From Patescibacteria group bacterium (lineage in GTDB: Bacteria; Patescibacteriota; Microgenomatia; UBA8517), in assembly GCA_026416845.1 (NCBI GenBank), contig JAOAEL010000007.1, forward strand, positions 78-64,077: DNA of 64,000 bases. The letters run 5' to 3'. The position numbers and the translations under genes were made by a program. The notes under the pieces were generated by a model. The model was given only the letters and a program-made list of their open reading frames with translations, did no database searches and was not told the DNA's origin. Of the stretch, positions 1-8,933 are shown one piece after another; positions within the stretch are counted from its first letter, which is position 1; every line of letters begins with the position of its first letter.

Positions 1-1
1 T

Positions 2-574
2 TACTTAATGCTTTTAGGTTGGGCTCCCAAGGACAACAGAGAGATTTTTAGTTTGAATGATTTTATACAGGCTTTTGATCAGGATGGGGTGCAAAAAGCA
101 AATCCGGTTTTTAATTCCGAGAAACTTGATTGGTTCAATGGGCAGTATATCAGAATGTTGTCAGAAAAAGAGTTGGCAGATAAGATTTTGGATTTTTACA
201 AAGATAAGTATCCTAAAGAAACGGTTTATTATTTATCTCCGCTTGTCAAAAGTCGTATCAGAAAACTTGTCGAATTTGAAGGTCTGGCAGGCTATGTGTT
301 TAAAAGAAGAAAACCAATTAGAATTACAGATAATTTTGAAGCTCATATAAAATCGGCGATTGATGCTCTTTCTGAAATTTATGATTGGAATAAAGAAAAT
401 ATCGATAACGCACTGCTTGGCAAAATCAAAGAATGCGGCTTTAAAACTGGCGACTTTTTTATGGATTTACGGGGAGCAATTGCTGGTAGCAGAGTGACCC
501 CACCTTTTAACGAAAGCTTAGTGCCTATTGGCAAATTAGAGACTTTAGAGAGATTAAAAGAGAGTTTGTTGTAA
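2..574 (+). CDS. gltX: Glutamate--tRNA ligase, C-terminal part (5' truncated by window edge)
   Basis: LLGW, 'F..EKLDWFNGQYIR' and the anticodon-binding domain 'LRGAIAGSRVTPPF' are typical of GluRS; frame is open from position 2. Confidence 0.93.
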   Translation, partial: YLMLLGWAPKDNREIFSLNDFIQAFDQDGVQKANPVFNSEKLDWFNGQYIRMLSEKELADKILDFYKDKYPKETVYYLSPLVKSRIRKLVEFEGLAGYVFKRRKPIRITDNFEAHIKSAIDALSEIYDWNKENIDNALLGKIKECGFKTGDFFMDLRGAIAGSRVTPPFNESLVPIGKLETLERLKESLL

Positions 575-679
575 AATTTTGTATTTTTTTTAATTCTTAG
601 GTTCTAAATTTATCTACAAAATTAACGTTTATGTTAATTAGTCTTAAAATTTGGTTGATGATAAACTTCTTAATTTAAA

Positions 680-1180
680 TTACGGACTTAAAATACTTGC
701 AATTGCTTTTGCAAATTCATTTGAATCAGGTTCATTGTAACTGAAATTTAACAACTTATGTTCCTTTTTGATCCATTCAGCTAAAAGATATTTAGTTTGG
801 GCGTTTGGATTTATTTGTTTTTCTATTTCATTTGGCACGTGAAGTTCAAAAGTAAAGAAACGAACCGGCCTGACTCCAAGAAATATTGCCACATGACTTG
901 CTTCAGTTGTATTTCTAGGTTTGGGTAATTTGATAACTAGCAAAGGAGCTTTATTTACTCCTATTGCAGCCATAAAAGAAGAAAAATCATCTTCTTCTAC
1001 TAATACATCTGTTTCAGAAAGATTATAGTTTTTTAAAGCTTCAAAAGTTTGTTTTAATGTTTTTTTCAAAATTGCATCTCCCAACCTGACAACAGAATCG
1101 AAAAAAGCGAAATAATCTTGTACAATGTCTCGTAGATATTGATGAGTAAAATAATACAACAACGTTGGTCTATTGTCCAT
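680..1180 (-). CDS. Hypothetical protein
   Basis: Intact ORF; ATG at 1180 preferred over the upstream TTG; no recognised motif. Confidence 0.6.
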   Translation of the reverse strand: MDNRPTLLYYFTHQYLRDIVQDYFAFFDSVVRLGDAILKKTLKQTFEALKNYNLSETDVLVEEDDFSSFMAAIGVNKAPLLVIKLPKPRNTTEASHVAIFLGVRPVRFFTFELHVPNEIEKQINPNAQTKYLLAEWIKKEHKLLNFSYNEPDSNEFAKAIASILSP

Positions 1181-1249
1181 TTTTTTACTAAGCAAATAAA
1201 ATCAATAATTAACTTTAACTGAAACTGATTTAATCTAAACATTCAGTGA

Positions 1250-1850
1250 TTGTTTGTCAATAAACAACCTTATGTATACTTTATCAAAACTCCAGTTTTC
1301 CCAGTCGCTCCAATCATTTTGTTCGCATTTGTTCCAATCATACACTGATTTATGATTTATCCTCCAGCCATCGCTTTTTTCAATCACAATCCCACCGATT
1401 TGTTCTGTTTTTTATCTTTGATGAAGAGTTGAGCTATTGCTTTGGAGATTTCTTCAACATTTGGGTAAAAGTAAAATTATCAGCCAATTTTCCCCCTAAC
1501 TATCGAAATGCGATGTCATTTTCAAATAAAGTGGGAGTCCGTTAAATTATCCACGACGGCGGATGGTTTTCAAAATACATTTCTTTTACTTTAAAAAATA
1601 TATCCAAACCATTGGATGGCCTGGCTAGCTCTTTTCATACCATTCATTGTGAATCTGAGCAAAATTTTCAGAAGTTTTATCTTCCCAGCCTCTTGAGATT
1701 TGTTTCAAGTCTTATTGTGTAACAGTATCAAAAGTTCTTATCTTGAGTTTTCAATCTTTGCTTTCGCAAATATCTTTAGTGATGTAAACCTAGGTCCATA
1801 AGTTAACTCTATTTCTTCGGCTTTAGATAGCCTGTCAATCTATTGATAAC
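1250..1850 (-). pseudogene. Probable decayed coding sequence of unknown function
   Basis: Minus strand gives protein-like fragments (e.g. LKQISRGWEDKTSENFAQIHNEWYEKS) broken by stops; boundaries approximate. Confidence 0.3.
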
Positions 1851-2418
1851 TTGGTAGCCTTGGCTCTAATGTATTTTTTTGTCTTTTTCCTTGACTATCA
1901 GTTTTTACTTACACTCTCACGCTTTCATCAAAAAAGGAAAATCACTACTTTAAGAACACACGTAGACCCATTATATGCCCTTCTGGTTCAAATCCGAAAA
2001 AAAAGAACCACAGGTTTCATATCCAGAATAATTTTAAACATATAATAGAGATGAAAATCAACTGATTTTGTAGATGCAAGGTGCCAATTTCAAGGCTAAT
2101 TCTCCAAGCACTGAGGGTAAAGTACCAATGTTTGAGTAGTCAAATTTACTTTAGTTAGAATGAAGATATGTGTTTTTCTGTGCCACAAGGTTATTTTGTT
2201 AAAATCGGGGCTGAGCCTTCACAAAAAATATCGAACTTCAATGTACTGGATTGGCCTTTAGCCTCGTTTGCTCCGTCGCGGCGCCCCCACACGCCGTGCC
2301 TCCACTATTTTTTGCGCGTGTAATTTTCGCTCGGCTTCGTAGAGTGCAGGGTGTGTTTACAAAATTTTGCAATTTGATAAAATTTCAGCATAGAATCAAT
2401 AATTAACGTCATTATACT

Positions 2419-3720
2419 ATGTTAGACCAATTTGAACAAAGACCGCCAATCAATTTTGAAGAAGTAAATCTCACTCCTGAAAAAAAACCGCGTCCAAAAA
2501 TTTGGGGCGAAGTAAGTGACCCCAAAAAACATGATCCAAAAAAATTTCGGTATTTGGTTCATGCCTTCAATCCTTTTGCAACGGCTTCGCAACAATTAGC
2601 TGCAGTTTCCGCAGAATTATCCGGCGCATGTAAAGTTGATAAATCAGAAGGTGATCAATCCATAAATCTTTTTGATCAGCCAGAAAGATTAGGTGAGCGG
2701 GTTTCTCTAAGTATGTCTCTTATAGATCAAGAACATACCAGAACTTGGGGACAAGGAGGAATTATCGTTGAAGCTCCAGAGGGCAATATCGTTATCACTT
2801 CCCCAACTGACATGGGGTCGCATAGTTCAAGCAAAGAATTTTTGAGACGACAGGCACAAGGTCGATTACTGCTTTCTGGCGATCAATTACTTAAATTAAC
2901 TTCTGGTGGAATCTATAACGAGGTTGTGGCTTTTGGAAGATCTGAAAGCGGAGAGACACTGCAATTAAGAGGTTTCTTTATCAAAGTGGACAAGCGTGGT
3001 CAGCCAACCGATCCGGTAATTGCAGAAAAAATGAAACAACATGCTAGACGATTAAATTTGCCTCTTGTTGAAATACAAGTTCAAGGGCCTTATGAGCAAG
3101 AAATGTTTGAGATCGCAGAAAATAGTGTTTGGGCGCATTATAGAGGCAATCGATATAATTTAGGTAGCGATAACCCTGAATTTGCTTTCAGAGCATACGA
3201 CGATAAGTGTGATACTTTTTTCCCTTCTCCTCAAGAAATTGAAGATGTGATTGCACATTTTGTTCAGAGTGGCAATTTAGATTCGGCGCAAGCTCAACAA
3301 ATTAGGCAAAGGTATAAAATTGCAGACTCTCAAAGAAAATCTCCAAAAGTTGAGTATGATCCGAAAACAAATGAAATAATCCGAGTAACTATCAAAGATG
3401 GTTATGGTAAAGATGAGATTGAATATTGGTTAAACCCGTTCGGAAATTGCTGGAGAGTTAATATGAAGGAATACAAAAAAGTTCTCAGAAAAAGTTTCTT
3501 AAATTCACAAAGAATAAGAACTGATGCTTATCAACACTTGAGATATCAAACTCCACTCTCAAGCTCTGAAGTATTATTTATATTAGAAAGCAGAAGAGAA
3601 ACTATGGAGCCGGAACAATGCGAAAAATTAATAAGGCTTTTTAGCAGTGTGAAAGATAAAATTGATCAGGTATACAATCAACAGCAGACTTTCACACGAA
3701 GAAATAGGTTTAGTCTTTAA
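2419..3720 (+). CDS. Hypothetical protein with a predicted N-terminal ADP-ribosyltransferase-like domain
   Basis: 433-aa ORF; YLVH (H48), SLSMS (96-100) and YNEVV (E168) occur in the order of ART catalytic motifs. The ORF is secure; the function is inferred. Confidence 0.55.
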   Translation: MLDQFEQRPPINFEEVNLTPEKKPRPKIWGEVSDPKKHDPKKFRYLVHAFNPFATASQQLAAVSAELSGACKVDKSEGDQSINLFDQPERLGERVSLSMSLIDQEHTRTWGQGGIIVEAPEGNIVITSPTDMGSHSSSKEFLRRQAQGRLLLSGDQLLKLTSGGIYNEVVAFGRSESGETLQLRGFFIKVDKRGQPTDPVIAEKMKQHARRLNLPLVEIQVQGPYEQEMFEIAENSVWAHYRGNRYNLGSDNPEFAFRAYDDKCDTFFPSPQEIEDVIAHFVQSGNLDSAQAQQIRQRYKIADSQRKSPKVEYDPKTNEIIRVTIKDGYGKDEIEYWLNPFGNCWRVNMKEYKKVLRKSFLNSQRIRTDAYQHLRYQTPLSSSEVLFILESRRETMEPEQCEKLIRLFSSVKDKIDQVYNQQQTFTRRNRFSL

Positions 3721-3851
3721 AATTTTTGCGTTTTTTATTCCTTATTTTTAGGTAGTTGGTAGCAAGTTTCAAGAAAGTTGGATTTGACTCCCTTGCTATG
3801 GTATCAGGAGCGGCAAGTGCCACCTCCCAAACTCTTTCAAATTCATATTTG

Positions 3852-3922
3852 CTGCGGGATAGGGATTCGAACCCCAATAAACAGATCCAGAGTCTGTTGT
3901 CCTACCATTAGACGATCCCGCA
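3852..3922 (-). tRNA. tRNA-Gln (anticodon CTG)
   Basis: Acceptor stem TGCGGGA/TCCCGCA, anticodon arm ACAGA-CT-CTG-GA-TCTGT, T-loop GGTTCGAATCC; no encoded CCA. Confidence 0.96.
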
Positions 3923-4110
3923 ATATTTTTCGAATTAAGATTTATTGACAATTTCCAAATTTTTGCCTGTTCAAAAGCGTTTGGAATACAAAATGTGTGT
4001 TTTTTATTTTTAAAATCTAATTTGATAAAAAATTTAACTGCCTTTTATTTTATATTTTACTCAAGCTCAAGTCTAAAGTCTAATTTGTCAAAACTGCTTC
4101 TTGCTTTATA

Positions 4111-5634
4111 CTAAAAGCCGGGAAAGTAATCTGTTTTTATTTGTTTATTTGGTATGCCGATTTTGGCAAGCAGGTTTTTATAAGAATCAACCATCGCGCT
4201 TGGGCCTGATAAATAATATGTTTGCTCTTTATGGTTTTTTAAATATTTTTTGATTATTTCTTCGTTTAAGTATCCTACTTCTCCCTTCCAGTTTGGGGAA
4301 ACCAAATCTTTGTTTGTAAGCAAGTAAATTGTTTTCAATCCTAATTTTTTGTTTGCTTGGTCTAGCACATTTTTGTATGCTATGTCGTTTATTGTATTGT
4401 TTGCGTAAAAAAGAGTGATTGGTCTTTTTTCTTTGACGTTGGTAAGATATCTGATCATACTTATAAAAGGCGTGATTCCTATCCCGCCCGCGATGAAAAC
4501 CAGAGGTTTATTGATGTCTTTTGGCATTACAAAATCACCGCCTAAATTTCCTGCCAATACTTTGTCGTTGGCTCTTAAATTAAAAATTGTATCTTTGAAG
4601 CTACTTCCTTTCGCATCCGCAAACTTTATTCCAAATCTTACTTTTGTGTCGGTTGGCGATGACGCAATAGTGAAGTACCTTCTATTCCCTCTTGTGTCGT
4701 TTGTGGTCGTATTAAGAGTTAGTTCCAGATATTGTCCGGGCAAAAATGTCAATTTTTTGTCTGGCTCAAAAACAAATTCGTAAGTGTTTCTGGCTATTTT
4801 TAGCTTTGTTTTAAAAGCAAGAATAGTTTTTTGTTTTGGACTTATCAAACACGAAAATACATTGCCAATTACTATTGCAAGCTCGGGAGATGAAAAAATT
4901 GGGCCAAAAGAAAATTGAAAGCTAAACAAAAATCCAACTACCGCTCCATATATTTTTCTTTGTAAATTTGTTGCAGGCATTGTCGAAGGTTCTGTAAGCA
5001 TTATTGTTCCCAGAAAGATTGTTGGCCATGAAATAACTACCTCATAAATTGATTTCACAATATCAATATTGTTTTTCAGGCTAAATAAACTGCTTGTCGC
5101 AAGCGTTGTTATAAAAAAAGCAAAGACCATGCCGGATTGTCTTATCTTTTTAACCACTAAAAATCCCAATATGGCAACAGGTATTGCAAGACTTGCGCTT
5201 CCTACCCACCATATAGAATTTCCGAAGCCAAAAATGCCAATTGTCAAAAGAGCGATTGCTACCGGATTGAATATATGACTGTTTTTTAGTTTAAAAATAT
5301 ATTTTGATAAGATAGCAATTGTACTTGCGATGATTGTTATTAAAATATCGCTTTGATAATTATCTGGCGGAGCAATAATCAAAAAAAGTATTAACGCGCT
5401 TATAAGCCATGAATCATTGTTTGTGGGAAGATTAGAAATTTTTTGACAAATTTTGTTTGAAATATAGCATGTTATGATTATTACTGACAAAGAAACAATA
5501 AGAGAAATTGCGTTTAAAGGGAGTATACCTAAAAATCCGTATGCTATTGATAATAAGGCAATCGCACAAAGCGCGTAAACAGTGATTTTATACATTGTGA
5601 TGTTATTTAAATATGTGTCGATTTTTTGTATCAT
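4111..5634 (-). CDS. RnfD/NqrB-like membrane domain fused to an FAD/NAD(P)-binding oxidoreductase (FNR-like)
   Basis: Multi-TM N-terminus with HIFNPVA and MLTEP; C-terminal RYFTIAS, FIAGGIGITPF and YLSGP motifs. Confidence 0.88.
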   Translation of the reverse strand: MIQKIDTYLNNITMYKITVYALCAIALLSIAYGFLGILPLNAISLIVSLSVIIITCYISNKICQKISNLPTNNDSWLISALILFLIIAPPDNYQSDILITIIASTIAILSKYIFKLKNSHIFNPVAIALLTIGIFGFGNSIWWVGSASLAIPVAILGFLVVKKIRQSGMVFAFFITTLATSSLFSLKNNIDIVKSIYEVVISWPTIFLGTIMLTEPSTMPATNLQRKIYGAVVGFLFSFQFSFGPIFSSPELAIVIGNVFSCLISPKQKTILAFKTKLKIARNTYEFVFEPDKKLTFLPGQYLELTLNTTTNDTRGNRRYFTIASSPTDTKVRFGIKFADAKGSSFKDTIFNLRANDKVLAGNLGGDFVMPKDINKPLVFIAGGIGITPFISMIRYLTNVKEKRPITLFYANNTINDIAYKNVLDQANKKLGLKTIYLLTNKDLVSPNWKGEVGYLNEEIIKKYLKNHKEQTYYLSGPSAMVDSYKNLLAKIGIPNKQIKTDYFPGF

Positions 5635-5637
5635 GTT

Positions 5638-6522
5638 TTAATTTTTTAAAAATAATTCAGCTTCAAAACCGCTTGATTTTTCAAAGCTAAAATCTTTTTT
5701 TAAGATGAGATAATCAAAATTGTAAGCATTTTGCAATATAGATTTATCTACCAAAAATAGGCAAGTTGACATTGTGTCGGCTATTAAAGCGCTTTGCGCT
5801 ATTGTCCATGTGGCAATAATATCGGTAGGGGAACTTAATGTTTGAGGATTGATAATATGATGAAATTTGTCCCATCGTCGCCTGTTGCCCGACGACGCGC
5901 AAATGCTTGCGTTATTAAGATAAATAATTCCAATTACTTCAGATAAATTTTTGGGATTTTCCAATCCTATTTGCATTCTTCCTTTGGGGTAGTTATTGAC
6001 GTATATATCCCCTCCCGCGTCAATGCAAAAAGAGTTGATTTGGTTGTCTTTCAGCAAATTTTTTATTATATCAATCAAGTATCCCTTGCCAGCCGCTCCG
6101 AAGTCTATGACGACATTTTGTTTTATTTGAATATATGGATAGTTGTATTCAAGCGCGTTTTCCCATGTTGGCGGATGGTGAAGCGAGATTTTGGGAATAA
6201 AAGAGTAGTCTGAGCCATATCCTGATTCTTCCATGAGATCGCCTATTAGTGGAGTGAAAATTCCATTTGTGATTTTGTATAAGTTTTGATATAAGTCAAA
6301 AATATCTTTTGCGTCTTTAGGCAATTTTGACTTTTGTCTTAGGCGGGATATTTTTCTCAACCAAGAATCGTCTCTAAATCTTGAGTATTTTTTTTCAAAA
6401 TTGTCAGCTTCGCTTTTTACCAAATCAGAAATTTTGGCTTTAATTTTTTTCGATACAGGATCGTAAATATCAATTTGCCAAACAGTCCCCGTTGCTTCAA
6501 ATGTAAAGCTGTTGAGATCCAT
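5638..6522 (-). CDS. apbE: FAD:protein FMN transferase (ApbE family)
   Basis: FEATGT, YSRFRDDS, DFGAAGKGY, DAGGDI, HHIINP, ADTMST motifs. Confidence 0.93.
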   Translation of the reverse strand: MDLNSFTFEATGTVWQIDIYDPVSKKIKAKISDLVKSEADNFEKKYSRFRDDSWLRKISRLRQKSKLPKDAKDIFDLYQNLYKITNGIFTPLIGDLMEESGYGSDYSFIPKISLHHPPTWENALEYNYPYIQIKQNVVIDFGAAGKGYLIDIIKNLLKDNQINSFCIDAGGDIYVNNYPKGRMQIGLENPKNLSEVIGIIYLNNASICASSGNRRRWDKFHHIINPQTLSSPTDIIATWTIAQSALIADTMSTCLFLVDKSILQNAYNFDYLILKKDFSFEKSSGFEAELFLKN

Positions 6523-6528
6523 CTTTGA

Positions 6529-7032
6529 TTACGATTTAGCTTCCGCTTTTATTTTTGCGATGGCTTCGTTAAAGCCTTTTGGGGTTAGCGATGAACCGGC
6601 AACTTTGGTTAGGTTAAGATCGCCAATTTTTTTGCCAATAACAAATTGTTTGTAATTATTGGCAAATTCCTGCTGAAATCTTCTTGATGGCGGATCGCTG
6701 GCTCTAATTTCTACTGATGAATCTATTATTATCCCTTTTTCTAATTTTATTCTTAGACCTATTTCACTTTGCCCGCCGGGAGTTGTGTATTGCCCTAATG
6801 CCTCGTAATCCCCGTCTTTGTATGTGTTGACAACTGTATCAACTTTATCAGACGATTCTTCGTTTGTTATTTCAATTGCAGGTGATGTATTTGTCGTGGG
6901 GGTGGCAGGTTTTTGCTGACTTAAATATACTCCAATTGCAATTGCGGCAATTACAAAAACAACCGCCATTGGCAAGAAATTGCTGTTTTTTTGATCTGGT
7001 TTTGATTCTGGTTCACTATGGTTTTCTTCCAT
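6529..7032 (-). CDS. Membrane-anchored FMN-binding domain protein (likely ApbE substrate)
   Basis: One N-terminal TM helix, YKDGDY, C-terminal VAGSSLTPKGF flavinylation-type motif; GGAGG RBS upstream; adjacent to apbE. Confidence 0.82.
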   Translation of the reverse strand: MEENHSEPESKPDQKNSNFLPMAVVFVIAAIAIGVYLSQQKPATPTTNTSPAIEITNEESSDKVDTVVNTYKDGDYEALGQYTTPGGQSEIGLRIKLEKGIIIDSSVEIRASDPPSRRFQQEFANNYKQFVIGKKIGDLNLTKVAGSSLTPKGFNEAIAKIKAEAKS

Positions 7033-7092
7033 AAAACTTTCACCTCCTTGTTGATAAAAATGGTGATTGTAGAAATTAAATTAGTCAAGCAG

Positions 7093-7629
7093 TTAGTCTC
7101 TATTTAGATTCGTTTTGCGTATTAGTTTGGCTATCATTACTATCTGTCTTATTTCTCCATCGGCTCCTTCAAAAACAGTTGCTCCTGTAGCTTTTTGGTA
7201 TTCTGATAGCAGTTGAGAAAGCATTTCGTTTGCTTCATTTTGTTCCTCTTTTATTTTTTCCATCTTTTGATTTAGAGCTTTACCGTTTGGCGAGGACATT
7301 AACTCTTTTTTCCTTTTGCTTTTTTCTTTTGTTGATTCTTTGGCTTTGACAGAAAGTTCAGCGTATAAAGGATCGTTTGAAAGATATGAATCAATCATCT
7401 CTTTTACAGGTTGAATTTCCTGCTTAAGATTTTCAATTCTTGAAAGATATATATTTATTTGAGATTGAAGGTTTTGAAGATAATCAAATTGACTAGAAGC
7501 ACTTTTTGTGTCTACAACTTGGTTTATTTGTGTTGAATTGTTTTCACTTGAATAGGAATTGACTTGAAGATTTTGTGTATTTGCAGTTTCTGCAAAATCT
7601 TGATTTGTTGTTTTTGTTTGGTCATCCAT
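7093..7629 (-). CDS. Hypothetical coiled-coil protein
   Basis: 178-aa ORF with low-complexity N-terminus and helical heptad-rich C-terminus. Confidence 0.7.
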   Translation of the reverse strand: MDDQTKTTNQDFAETANTQNLQVNSYSSENNSTQINQVVDTKSASSQFDYLQNLQSQINIYLSRIENLKQEIQPVKEMIDSYLSNDPLYAELSVKAKESTKEKSKRKKELMSSPNGKALNQKMEKIKEEQNEANEMLSQLLSEYQKATGATVFEGADGEIRQIVMIAKLIRKTNLNRD

Positions 7630-7673
7630 AATTTAACATTAAGCCATAAAAAACATTAAATATCAACAGATAT

Positions 7674-7988
7674 TTGAATGAAGTGTTTATGTTGATTGTC
7701 CGCGCAAAAAAATTGGGATTTTTAGAGTCAGTGGCAGGATTGATGTTTGGTTTTCAGAAACCGCCTGTGTATTTTGAATCAAGAATCGGAATACATACAT
7801 TTTGGGTTTTTTATCCTATAGATGTTATCATACTAAACAGGCAGGGAATTGTAATTAAATTGGTTGAGTCGCTTAAACCTAATCAAATTCTTTTTTTGGG
7901 ATTTAAATCATTTGTAGCGCTTGAGTGTAAGAGTTGTTTTATAAAAGACAATAAACTAAAAGTGGGGGACAAAGTGATTTTTGTTTGA
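7674..7988 (+). CDS. DUF192-domain protein
   Basis: GLMFG, IHTFWVFYPIDVI, LE...LKVGD motifs; start uncertain. Confidence 0.8.
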   Translation: MNEVFMLIVRAKKLGFLESVAGLMFGFQKPPVYFESRIGIHTFWVFYPIDVIILNRQGIVIKLVESLKPNQILFLGFKSFVALECKSCFIKDNKLKVGDKVIFV

Positions 7989-8000
7989 GCAAGATTTTAT

Positions 8001-8843
8001 ATGGAGATGACTAATCAAAAACCAGATAAATTTAAGGCTGTTTGGGTTTCCCATTCCTCAATTGCGGATTTTTTAAGGTGCCCGAGGACTTATTATTTGC
8101 GAAATGTTTATAAGGATCCAAAAACTAATCATAAAATAACAGTTATGTCTCCCCCTCTTGCACTAGGGCAAGCTGTTCATGAAGTTATAGAATCATTATC
8201 TTATTTACCCGCGCAAGAAAGAATGCTTATTAAATTGTCAAAAAGGTTTGAAACAGCATGGCAAAAGGTTTCTGGCGAAATGGGTGGATTTAAAGATAAA
8301 AAAGAAGAAATCGAGTACAAAAATCGTGGTTTGGTAATGCTAGATAGAATACAAAAAAATCCCGGGCCAATTCTTAGAAAGGCTGTTAAAATAAGAGCTG
8401 ATGGCGGATTGCCTTATTTTTGGTTGTCTGAAGAAGAAAATATAATTTTGTGTGGGAAGATTGATTGGCTTGAATATTTGCCTGATGATAGCGTGCATAT
8501 AATTGATTTTAAAACGGGGAAAAATGACGAAGAAGCTGAATCTTTGCAATTGCCGATTTATTTGCTTTTAGCGGTTAATACTCAAAGAAGGTTGGTTTCA
8601 AAGGCAAGCTATTGGTATTTAGATAGAGATAATTCTAGGATTGAGAAAGTTTTGCCGGAATTATCTTTGGCAAAAGAACAGGTTTTGAAAGTTGCGCGAA
8701 GAATAAAACTCGCTCGTCAAATGAATCATTTTAAATGTCCAAAAGAAGGATGTTTTGCTTGTCGGCCGCTTGAGAAGATCCTAAAAGGCGAAGGTAAGAA
8801 AGTTGGTGTAAGTGAGTATAATCAAGATATTTATGTCGTTTGA
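8001..8843 (+). CDS. PD-(D/E)XK nuclease (RecB/AddB/Cas4-like family)
   Basis: S-x-S..CPR, GQAVH, GKIDW, IIDFKTG, QLPIY, C-terminal CPKEGCFAC (four-Cys Fe-S staple pattern). Confidence 0.88.
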   Translation: MEMTNQKPDKFKAVWVSHSSIADFLRCPRTYYLRNVYKDPKTNHKITVMSPPLALGQAVHEVIESLSYLPAQERMLIKLSKRFETAWQKVSGEMGGFKDKKEEIEYKNRGLVMLDRIQKNPGPILRKAVKIRADGGLPYFWLSEEENIILCGKIDWLEYLPDDSVHIIDFKTGKNDEEAESLQLPIYLLLAVNTQRRLVSKASYWYLDRDNSRIEKVLPELSLAKEQVLKVARRIKLARQMNHFKCPKEGCFACRPLEKILKGEGKKVGVSEYNQDIYVV

Positions 8844-8933
8844 TGCTGGTTTGTCTAAATTCACAGACTTTTGATAAAATAACCGCTATTGATTAAGTAA
8901 ATAACCCAATATTTAATTTTTTGTAATTTGTTT

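Noticed and set aside
1851-2045. Short predicted ORFs at 1851-2045 and 31382-31604
   Set aside because: Short, no motifs, located in decayed regions; cannot be supported as genes
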